Below are positions 1 to 8,484 of a stretch of DNA of 64,000 nt, piece by piece; within the stretch, counting starts at the first letter, position 1, and the number at the start of each line of letters is the position of its first letter. Below the pieces are notes generated by a model, which had not been told where the DNA came from, ran no database searches, and saw nothing but the letters and a program-made list of their open reading frames with translations. This DNA comes from Nitrosopumilus sp. (GTDB lineage: Archaea; Thermoproteota; Nitrososphaeria; Nitrososphaerales; Nitrosopumilaceae). The stretch covers positions 1-64,000 of the forward strand of contig CBDBLX010000001.1 of assembly GCA_965207445.1 (NCBI GenBank), written 5' to 3'. The position numbers and the translations under genes are program-made.

Positions 1-1
1 A

Positions 2-178
2 ATTACATCTTTACAACAGGATATAGCACGATTAAAATCGGGTGAGACGGTTGTTTCATCTAACCCTACTGATGACGGTACTTTATACAGCTTTGCAGTT
101 ATGGGACTCTCCATGTCCGCTGTTGCCGTAGTGTTGAGTGTGATAGCATTGACTCGTAGTAAACAGAATGTGGGGTAA
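2..178 (+). CDS. 3' end of a membrane-anchored hypothetical protein (partial, runs off the window)
   Basis: Frame 2 is open from the edge: ITSLQQDIARLKSGE...FAVMGLSMSAVAVVLSVIALTRSKQNVG*, with a C-terminal TM helix and basic tail; TAA at 176-178. Confidence 0.7.
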   Translation: MTSLQQDIARLKSGETVVSSNPTDDGTLYSFAVMGLSMSAVAVVLSVIALTRSKQNVG

Positions 179-411
179 CATTAAACGTTTGGTTTTATTT
201 CAACTATAAAATAATAATGCAAAATAATAATGCAAATGAACATACAATATAAATAAATAAATAAATAATTATTAAATTAAAAATATAAATATATATACAT
301 ATATTTATAAAACATGTAACGATACAAGTTAATTTATAATAAAAGTGAGTTTAATTTTGATTCTAGAAAAATTAAAAATATGATAGATAATGAGTCTGAT
401 TTAACACCACA

Positions 412-1500
412 TCATCTATTTTGGAGTTTTCCATTATGTAGTCTTGCTCGTACAAGTTTGGTACATGTTAGAATTGCAAATGCTGGAGCGCCAACATACA
501 TTCCCAAATTCAACAGTATTACAGATATACCATATCCTAGCATTTCTGACTCAGAGTCAATCTCAGCGTAGTTTAGAAGTGAAAGTGACGACAACATTGG
601 AGTCAATGTTACCTGAACTACTTCTCTAAACATTGGATTTTCTCTTTCAAGATCTGCTACTGCTGGAGAGAATGCATAATAGACCTGATTGAAACCAGAC
701 ATAAATGCAGTTCCGGATTCAGTTGCAAGCACAGTGTTGTCCCTCAACTCTCTAAGCTGCTGAACCTGCGGAGCAAGTTCAGAGCCAAATGCAGCAGTTG
801 CTATGAGGCAACCACCATTTCCGTCATCACCGGTAGTGTCATCTACTGGGGGGTCATCCATCATCATGTCAGAGTCATCTACCATCATGTCAGAGTCATC
901 TACCATCATGTCAGAGTCATCTACCATCATGTCAGAGTCATCTACCATCATGTCAGAGTCATCTACCATCATGTCAGAGTCATCTACCATCATGTCAGAG
1001 TCATCTACCATCATGTCAGAGTCATCTACCATCATGTCAGAGTCATCTACCATCATGTCAGAGTCATCTACCATCATGTCAGAGTCATTATCAGAGTGTG
1101 GATCTGCAGATGCAGACACTATGATCTGACCAGTCATCCACGGATGAACAAGACAGTAGTGGTCATACGTACCTTCTTCATCTATTGTGAATACGTATGA
1201 ACTACCAGCAAGTACAAGACTACTATCAAACACACCAGTAGCACCATCTGTAGGTGAACCAGACGTTAATGTGTGTGCCACATTATCTGTGTTATCAAAA
1301 GTAATCTCGGTTCCAGGACTCACAGTCAGGATTGGCATATTGTAGCATAGTTCTTCTGTATCTTGACATCCAGGTACACCTGAACCTTCGACAGGTGTTA
1401 GTATTGGATGGACATCAGCAAATGCCGAGGGTGCAATAGCAACCATTCCCGTTACAAGCACAGACAGTAAAAAAAAGGAACTGACTGCTTTAGTCATCAT
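412..1500 (-). CDS. Exported plastocyanin/azurin-family (type-1 Cu) protein with Met/Asp-rich linker and CFI-box-CTERM anchor
   Basis: Signal peptide ending AFA; Cu ligands AHTLTSG...YCLVHPWM; (MMVDDSD)n linker; GGCLIATAAFGSELAPQVQQLRELRD C-terminal domain plus TM. Confidence 0.9.
   Translation of the reverse strand: MMTKAVSSFFLLSVLVTGMVAIAPSAFADVHPILTPVEGSGVPGCQDTEELCYNMPILTVSPGTEITFDNTDNVAHTLTSGSPTDGATGVFDSSLVLAGSSYVFTIDEEGTYDHYCLVHPWMTGQIIVSASADPHSDNDSDMMVDDSDMMVDDSDMMVDDSDMMVDDSDMMVDDSDMMVDDSDMMVDDSDMMVDDSDMMVDDSDMMVDDSDMMMDDPPVDDTTGDDGNGGCLIATAAFGSELAPQVQQLRELRDNTVLATESGTAFMSGFNQVYYAFSPAVADLERENPMFREVVQVTLTPMLSSLSLLNYAEIDSESEMLGYGISVILLNLGMYVGAPAFAILTCTKLVRARLHNGKLQNR
860..1088. repeat. 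21-bp coding tandem repeat, ~11 copies (MMVDDSD)
   Basis: ACCATCATGTCAGAGTCATCT recurs every 21 bp from 881 to 1070, plus one variant copy. Confidence 0.97.
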
Positions 1501-1617
1501 AGTTTAGGATTATAGAATGGGTTTTAAAAATCTAGCCATTTTTATACTAAACTGTTACTTGTACTAATTGTGAAAAAATATTTACCACACACAACAATGC
1601 TCGCAAATTATATCTCA

Positions 1618-3492
1618 TCAAACATAATTTTTAGATATATGGGCCATCATCTTTTTCCCAAGTTTTTTACGTAACAAAATTACAGTAAAAACAGGCAGAC
1701 CAATATAGATTAACAAATTGAGTATAATTATACCAACACCATAGATGATCATCTCATAGTCTGTATCTATGTTGATATGTTGCAATAGGGAAAGTGACGT
1801 GAGTAATGGTGTCAACATGATCCTTGTCATCTCTCTGAGAATTGGGTGTTCCCTTTGAATATCAGATATTGCAGGTGAGAATGAATAATACACAGTATTG
1901 AATCCAAAAATAAACATACTACCGGAGGCAGTATCAAGTATTACATCATCTCGTAGTTCTCTGAGTTGTTGAACTTGTGCAGACATTTCAGAACCATACA
2001 CAGCAGTCGCAATAAGACATCCACCACCACCTCCCTGCACATCATTCATGTTTGCAGTGTCAATTATGCCTATAGTACCATCATCTACAATAGCCTTGCC
2101 GGCTATACGGTCAATAGCAATAGGTATAGAAGTTTTTGCTCTTTCGTTTCCAGCAATGTTCTCAAAATTCAAATGTACTATACCAGATACATCATCAGAT
2201 AACACAAATTCTGCCAAGTTCACAAAGTTGTCCTTTGAGTCAGTACTAGTTCCAAACTGTTCAAATATAATTATATTATCTTTTGTCACAGTAAACTCAT
2301 AGTTAACAGCTACTGGTGAGTTTTTCAAAAATACATCTGTTATCTCAAACATTATTGTAGCTCTTTGACCAGATTTCAACTCTTCTGGTTCCCACGATAC
2401 AAATATTCTAAATTGACCATTTTCTGTTACAGAAGACAGACGAGTATATTCCACATCAGGTCTTATGACAAAGTTCATCCCATCAACATTTGAATCCATG
2501 TTTTTAGTATTGTTTCGTATCACATAGAGTTGTTCTTGAGGTATGATAAAATGAATTATTCGTTCACCTACAAAAAAGTCATCAATTACGATCATCTCTT
2601 CAGGTAACTTGATATTATTTATGTACATATCAAATCCAGATACTAAAAGATCACCGTATGTATCAGGAATTGAGATCTCCTCATGTACGACATAAGATTG
2701 ATTCAAGTTTTTGTCACTCCATTCAAACGGCATAAAAAATTCAATCTCTTTTAATTCAGAGTCGTATTCAAACTCCTGTATCTCATCATAATATGTTATT
2801 ACTCGGATATATTGCTCACCAAAGTTAGGATCATCTACTGCATATGTTATAATCTGTGGAATCGATATACCAGAACTATATGTGAGAGGATCATCTAATG
2901 TTTTAGCATAGTCACCTGCTGTAGTTATGGCAATCTCGAATCGATACAATCCACCGTCTGCGAGTTTTGGACCAGAGACATTAATTGTCCTACTATTACT
3001 TCCAAGTAGATATGCCAGTGCATCAGGCTGATTGTCCGTATCGCCAAGGTCATTTACTGTTATAGATTCATCTGTTGTGGAGATAAAATTAAACACCAAA
3101 AAACCATCATCGGCTTTGAACTCTTGCTCAAAGAGAAATCTATCTCCCAAATCAGCTCTTACTTGAAACGTCACATCACGTAGAGTTATCTGACTCTCAA
3201 AGTCAATTAGCGCCATTGCTATTTGGAGATCTTCACCAGGTGTAATACCAGCAGGCGGCCTCCCAGTCGTCTCAGGCGGAGGCGGTGCAGAGGAGGATAC
3301 CTCTAATGTGACTTGCTTGCCATTTAGATCTACAGGTGGAAATGTTTCACTAGAGGATCCATGTCCTGCTACATTTTCTACAGTTGATGAGAACAAGATT
3401 GCAGTTGTAGATAATATAACAACAGATGTTATCAATAACCACATGTAATTACACATCATGGAGTTCTGTTTCTTTGAATTAATTACACTCAT
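1618..3492 (-). CDS. Exported CFI-box-CTERM surface protein
   Basis: N-terminal hydrophobic signal; internal TYYD..F.YD...F.MPFEW...HEEISIP domain; GGGCLIATAVYGSE...QVQQLRELRD and C-terminal TM. Confidence 0.85.
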   Translation of the reverse strand: MSVINSKKQNSMMCNYMWLLITSVVILSTTAILFSSTVENVAGHGSSSETFPPVDLNGKQVTLEVSSSAPPPPETTGRPPAGITPGEDLQIAMALIDFESQITLRDVTFQVRADLGDRFLFEQEFKADDGFLVFNFISTTDESITVNDLGDTDNQPDALAYLLGSNSRTINVSGPKLADGGLYRFEIAITTAGDYAKTLDDPLTYSSGISIPQIITYAVDDPNFGEQYIRVITYYDEIQEFEYDSELKEIEFFMPFEWSDKNLNQSYVVHEEISIPDTYGDLLVSGFDMYINNIKLPEEMIVIDDFFVGERIIHFIIPQEQLYVIRNNTKNMDSNVDGMNFVIRPDVEYTRLSSVTENGQFRIFVSWEPEELKSGQRATIMFEITDVFLKNSPVAVNYEFTVTKDNIIIFEQFGTSTDSKDNFVNLAEFVLSDDVSGIVHLNFENIAGNERAKTSIPIAIDRIAGKAIVDDGTIGIIDTANMNDVQGGGGGCLIATAVYGSEMSAQVQQLRELRDDVILDTASGSMFIFGFNTVYYSFSPAISDIQREHPILREMTRIMLTPLLTSLSLLQHINIDTDYEMIIYGVGIIILNLLIYIGLPVFTVILLRKKLGKKMMAHISKNYV

Positions 3493-3501
3493 AATCGTCA
3501 G

Positions 3502-3720
3502 TTAGGTCCACTTGTCAGGACTCTTCTTACGGATATGCTTCCCATCAATTGAGATAAGATCATTGTCCTCAAATACCGTATGCCATTTACCATTATCTGG
3601 AAATATTCTATCCATCTCATGTATCCTATCTCTAGTAGGAGGTCTGTTTGTCAGGGCGCCCCATTTCATATTGTCAATCTTGGGCATTATCTCGTTTATG
3701 TCTTTCATACCATCATACAC
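3502..3720 (-). CDS. Small hypothetical protein
   Basis: 72-aa ATG ORF packed with 9-bp gaps between co-oriented neighbours. Confidence 0.7.
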   Translation of the reverse strand: MYDGMKDINEIMPKIDNMKWGALTNRPPTRDRIHEMDRIFPDNGKWHTVFEDNDLISIDGKHIRKKSPDKWT

Positions 3721-3729
3721 TTTGATTAA

Positions 3730-5487
3730 TCAATTTATAGTATTGAGTTGTATAATTCCTTCTTTTATCAGATACTGTATAGCAGAGATAAATGTGCCAT
3801 CGTCTATCTGCCCTTGTGCCCACCATTCAGCATTAGTCTTGATCCAAGGAGGTATCTCAGCATTCACATCCATATTATCATTCACAACATCTGTTAATGG
3901 AACTATAATTATATCATTTTCTACAAGATACTGTATAGCAGAGATAAATGTGCCATCATCTATCTGCCCTTGTGCCCACCATTCAGCATTAGTCTTGATC
4001 CAAGGAGGTATCACGTATGAGGGTGAGGGGGATTCTGCCTCAATTACAATTAGTCCTGTATTAGAATCAAGTGTTTTGCCAATTGTGCTTGGTCCAATCT
4101 CAATTGAACCCGAGCCGATTCCAGCATATGTAGGGTCGTAATCAAAACCCGTGCCATACACCATTACATCTATTCGAATCAACCCAGTTGATTGGATCTC
4201 TATCTTTTGAGTATCGATACCTTCTGGTGTTTCAATTCCAACATCTTCATCACCTTTGAATACTTTTATGATATTCTCTGACTGATCACTTACTGCATAC
4301 CCATACCAGACATCATTAATTGGTTGTCTATTCTCATCAAGGAATGTAAACGTAAATGGTATGGTGTCACCTGCGCCATATCTTGGATCCCACGATATAT
4401 TCACATCTGTTAACCCCAGTGTTGCTTTAGAACCAAGACGCATAAGATCAAATTCTGTTGAGCTTGTAGTACCTTCTTGTATTGGAACTAGTTTGAGATT
4501 CATATTATTTAGTGCTCGTTGGTCTGCATCCATTGAGTTTCTTATATTTTGTAGTTCTGAGTTTGATATGAGAAAGTGTACAACGTTTGTATCAGTGTAC
4601 GAAAAATGGTCATTAAGTAATGCGCGTTGATCAATCTCTACACCATTTACATATCCACGAAATTGTTTTCCATCTCCATATGGAACAAATGTTTTAGGAA
4701 CTCTAACTTCTTGATGTACAACTGGCACTAGGTCTACATAATCAGGTGACCAGTCAAAGTCCATATCAAATGTAATAGAGCTATCCAGAGCATCAAACTC
4801 GAAATTCTTTACATCATCATAATATGTCTTAATTATAACAGGAACTTCTTCTGCGTGAGCAGTCTGTATAGCAAAGTCTTGTTCTTGCGCCACACTGAGA
4901 AATGTTTCATAACTTAACTCATTTAGAAGTTGTACTGTAGGGGCAGTCGCACCAACTATATCAACGCGTATGTTGTATAGTCCACCCTTTTCAAATATAG
5001 GTCCGGTGATAGTAGGTCGTGCACATATGTCATAGTTCGTACCATCACATGATACCCCATATACAAATCGTGCACCAGGTGCACTAACGTGCTCAGAACC
5101 CGTATAGGTAGTACAATCTTCTAGTTTATCCTGGTCACAGTTTGGAACAGGTCGAATCTCGAGATCCAGACTACCATCAAGATCATAATAGAGGTTTCTT
5201 GCAAGTAATTCTCCTCCACGCCACATCTCTACCCTGTATGTGACCTTTTCTAGTGTTGTATCCGTATCTTCATCAAAGAATCTAATCTTTAGATTAACAT
5301 CATCCGTGTCAGCAATTGTGATATCAGCAGGAGTAATATCGGTTCTAACAGTAACATTCATACCAGCAAAGCTGATTGGAGGAGCTTGGTCACCACCTAT
5401 TCCGTGGCCTAACACGAGTTGGTCTACTGTTATAGGAATTGTAAAGACTGCCACAATTGTCACGAGTACGACAAGCCGCATGTACAT
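3730..5487 (-). CDS. Exported surface protein with two C-terminal IPxWIKxNAxWW repeats
   Basis: Signal peptide; same internal TYYD...HQEVRVP domain as 1618..3492; duplicated [29 protein letters not shown]. Confidence 0.85.
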   Translation of the reverse strand: MYMRLVVLVTIVAVFTIPITVDQLVLGHGIGGDQAPPISFAGMNVTVRTDITPADITIADTDDVNLKIRFFDEDTDTTLEKVTYRVEMWRGGELLARNLYYDLDGSLDLEIRPVPNCDQDKLEDCTTYTGSEHVSAPGARFVYGVSCDGTNYDICARPTITGPIFEKGGLYNIRVDIVGATAPTVQLLNELSYETFLSVAQEQDFAIQTAHAEEVPVIIKTYYDDVKNFEFDALDSSITFDMDFDWSPDYVDLVPVVHQEVRVPKTFVPYGDGKQFRGYVNGVEIDQRALLNDHFSYTDTNVVHFLISNSELQNIRNSMDADQRALNNMNLKLVPIQEGTTSSTEFDLMRLGSKATLGLTDVNISWDPRYGAGDTIPFTFTFLDENRQPINDVWYGYAVSDQSENIIKVFKGDEDVGIETPEGIDTQKIEIQSTGLIRIDVMVYGTGFDYDPTYAGIGSGSIEIGPSTIGKTLDSNTGLIVIEAESPSPSYVIPPWIKTNAEWWAQGQIDDGTFISAIQYLVENDIIIVPLTDVVNDNMDVNAEIPPWIKTNAEWWAQGQIDDGTFISAIQYLIKEGIIQLNTIN

Positions 5488-5545
5488 ATTAATACTATTC
5501 TTTTACTATATTTAAAGATCAAAAGGTGAATTATTAAACCAACGC

Positions 5546-7183
5546 TCATGCAGATGGCTTGGTAGATTCTTGAGTATCATCCTTTTTTGCAGAAGAGGTG
5601 TTTGGAACATCATTATCCGTAGTGGATTTCGTTGTAGGTATCTCAGGTGGGTGAGCCAGCTCTTTTTTCTCCTCTTGTGAAATCTTGGCAGTAGCATCAC
5701 CGTTTGCAAGTTTTGGATCCGCCAAAGCGGCAACAACATTGCCCTCGGACACAAGATGAGGTGTTTGAACCTCTTCTTGTATTGATACAGGTATAGGTGG
5801 TGGCGCTGCCTTTTCTTGGCTCATACCATATCTATACACATGGAAGAATGCTGCAAATACCAGCAGAATTATCCCTATAAAGAATAGAGATATGTTGTTC
5901 ATGCCTGTGAGTGCGGCATTATACGCTGCAATGTTCAAAAAGACCTGAAATGCCAACAGTGCGACCAAGACCCAGTTTATCCATTTTTCTGACAAGTTGA
6001 TAGTAGCCACCTTTTGTGGACCAGTGCTTTTTGCAAGCTTTGCCTTGCGTTCTGCTTCATTTGCCAACTTTATCATCATGTATGTAAATCCAAACCCAAG
6101 TGGAACCAACAGTATCATTGTGCCATAGAAGAATATTGGATCAATGACTAACCTCTCAACTAGAGGGATAGATGAATCAGGTGTGATGTAAAATCCCCAA
6201 TATGTGGTGACCATTATTTGTGCCAAACTAGTAATACCAAATGCAGTTATAATAGGACGGTCACGCCAGGAGAACTTTTTATATCTATCAATAAACGGTA
6301 TTAGTACAAATGATATGATGAACAGTAATGGCCACAACAATCCTGTTACGAATTTATCGTATTGTGTGCGCATAAACGCGTATATTCCTGTCAAGTACCA
6401 TTCAGGAACAGTCACGCCAGGTGGCACATCAGGTTGGAATTTAAATCCCAGATCAATTGGAAACACACCCCCAGTAATCAATATAGCGCCTGAAATTGCC
6501 ATTACCATAGGAACATCAAAAACCAAAAATCGTGGAAAGTGAACTGCCATCAATCCAAGCATTACGACAGGTAGTAAAAATACATGTTGAGCATAAAATC
6601 GCAATACAAAATCAGAGAACCCACTCCCTAGCGCAGCATCACGTATTAGTGGGCCTACCACTGGAATCGAAGTGGTAAGTGATGCTGCAATGCTTATTGC
6701 AAGTTCTGCCCTCTCACTAAATATCACATCATAGCCAGTGAATGCCTCTAGTATAGTGACCACACCTAGTATGACTCCAGTCATCCATAGTACTTCATTT
6801 CGTATCTTATAGCGTCCACTAAAGTATTGATAGTACATGTGTAGTACCGCTAAGAGTACCATTGCATTTGATCCATGATAGTGTATATTTCGTATATGAA
6901 ATCCAAATGGGACCTCATCGTTTATGAATTGGACACTGTCCCATGCCCTATCAAGTATCGGCTGATAGTAAAACATCAGCAGAGCTCCAGATATACCCAG
7001 AATTATAAAGACGATAAATGTAAGCATTCCAAGAAATCCAAATGGGCTTACAAATCTTGCAGGAAATGAAAATTTTATGGCAGTAAATATGGTACGGTCA
7101 ACGCCTTCCCACAACCAGTAGAAGAATGCTACAGCACCAGTCTTTCGTGATGCAAACGAGACTCCTTCAAGCGAGGCGGCCAT
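5546..7183 (-). CDS. petB: Cytochrome b subunit of the bc complex (complex III), C-terminally extended
   Basis: IRNIHYHGSN...LHM and RFYAQH...AVH haem-ligand helices; PEWY Qo motif; overlaps the Rieske gene. Confidence 0.93.
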   Translation of the reverse strand: MAASLEGVSFASRKTGAVAFFYWLWEGVDRTIFTAIKFSFPARFVSPFGFLGMLTFIVFIILGISGALLMFYYQPILDRAWDSVQFINDEVPFGFHIRNIHYHGSNAMVLLAVLHMYYQYFSGRYKIRNEVLWMTGVILGVVTILEAFTGYDVIFSERAELAISIAASLTTSIPVVGPLIRDAALGSGFSDFVLRFYAQHVFLLPVVMLGLMAVHFPRFLVFDVPMVMAISGAILITGGVFPIDLGFKFQPDVPPGVTVPEWYLTGIYAFMRTQYDKFVTGLLWPLLFIISFVLIPFIDRYKKFSWRDRPIITAFGITSLAQIMVTTYWGFYITPDSSIPLVERLVIDPIFFYGTMILLVPLGFGFTYMMIKLANEAERKAKLAKSTGPQKVATINLSEKWINWVLVALLAFQVFLNIAAYNAALTGMNNISLFFIGIILLVFAAFFHVYRYGMSQEKAAPPPIPVSIQEEVQTPHLVSEGNVVAALADPKLANGDATAKISQEEKKELAHPPEIPTTKSTTDNDVPNTSSAKKDDTQESTKPSA

Positions 7184-7778
7184 ATCCTATTACTCCATTC
7201 TCACTAGTAACAAACTTTGGTGGCAAGATAAACACCAAGCCATCACTATCAACATCAAGGGTAAGTTTTGGTAATGTATTTGATGGAGCTGCCTGAACAG
7301 ATGCAGGACCTATGAATGCCACTCCTGTGGATGGATCATACATAGTACCATGACACGGACACTCTCCACGTTTCCTACCATCATTGGGCCAATACTTCCA
7401 AAGGCACCACAGATGTAAACATATCATACTAAACGCGCGTAGTGCAGATACATCGTTATTTGCACCTCCAAGCTCCTCAGGAAGTCGTATAAGCTGCCAC
7501 TTACGAAATGCTTCTGCATCAAGTGCGGGATCACCTGTTGCAGGATATGTAATAACTTCTGCATGATTTACTGGAAATGTATTGATGTTGGCTTGGCTAC
7601 CATCAGGTAGTATTGCAGGTACTCGTTCAAGTGACGCTTGATTGGGGTTGGGCATAAAGTTACCAAACGGCACAAACGGAGCAAAAGCCAATCCAGTTCC
7701 TGCGGCGCCGATCAGCTTTAAGAAATCTCTACGCGATAAACCGTCAGATCTTCGTTTTATGATCTCTGGCATTCTCAA
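7167..7778 (-). CDS. Rieske 2Fe-2S subunit of the bc complex, Tat-exported (ATG at 7772 is an alternative start)
   Basis: SRRDFLK twin-arginine motif; CLHLWC and CPCHG Rieske boxes. Confidence 0.93.
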   Translation of the reverse strand: MRMPEIIKRRSDGLSRRDFLKLIGAAGTGLAFAPFVPFGNFMPNPNQASLERVPAILPDGSQANINTFPVNHAEVITYPATGDPALDAEAFRKWQLIRLPEELGGANNDVSALRAFSMICLHLWCLWKYWPNDGRKRGECPCHGTMYDPSTGVAFIGPASVQAAPSNTLPKLTLDVDSDGLVFILPPKFVTSENGVIGYGRLA

Positions 7779-7820
7779 AATTAAATACTCAAAATTCGCT
7801 TATAAACCTTCAAAATTATT

Positions 7821-8160
7821 TAGCGTGTTGCATAATTCGTAAATTTATACTCCTTTGGGGCCGTGGCCATGTGATGAGCCACGCAACCTAGTCGTTACGC
7901 GATTTGAAGCCACTCAAATGCTCTAAACTAGACAGGAAGACTGTCTGCCTCAATATATGATGCCAGCAGGTGTGTCAAGTCACGCCGACAACAAGTCACA
8001 AGCGAGCCGTGCTTCCAAGCCAAGTGCACGCACAAAACATGGCAGTGGATACGTCTTGGTATTTTGCGAGTATAGGCACATATCTTTACATTTGTATTTA
8101 ATCGACACAATGTGCCATTATACAATATAGATGTGCAAGTATGTTAAATACACATAATGT
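7821..8160 (+). mobile_element. Orphan diverged copy of the inverted-repeat plus ~325-nt module found in the 46-49 kb array
   Basis: Starts TAGCGTGTTGCATAATTCGTAAATTTATACTCC, identical to 46337, and stays alignable (roughly 80% by eye) to ~8160; no right end or TSD seen. Confidence 0.8.
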
Positions 8161-8484
8161 GAGATCTCATCAATCAGTCAAATGATTAGATCAAAATATC
8201 AGCAATGCAATATTGTAAAGGATAAATTTAACACTATTTGTGCCCTGTGCACACAAACTAGAGGCAGTAGAGTTGTATTATGAATAAAAGTGTAAAGATA
8301 GACAAAACCACCAAACAAAGAAAATCAGACAAGAGGTCCTCGTACGAACACAAACAAATGGATGGTAAAATTTGTATGATCAAAAATATAAAATTGGTAA
8401 ACTAGACAACTATTATTGTAAATTAACAAATCAACAAAATGAAGAAAAATCAAAATGAGATAATTAAGGTAACATCAACAAAAG

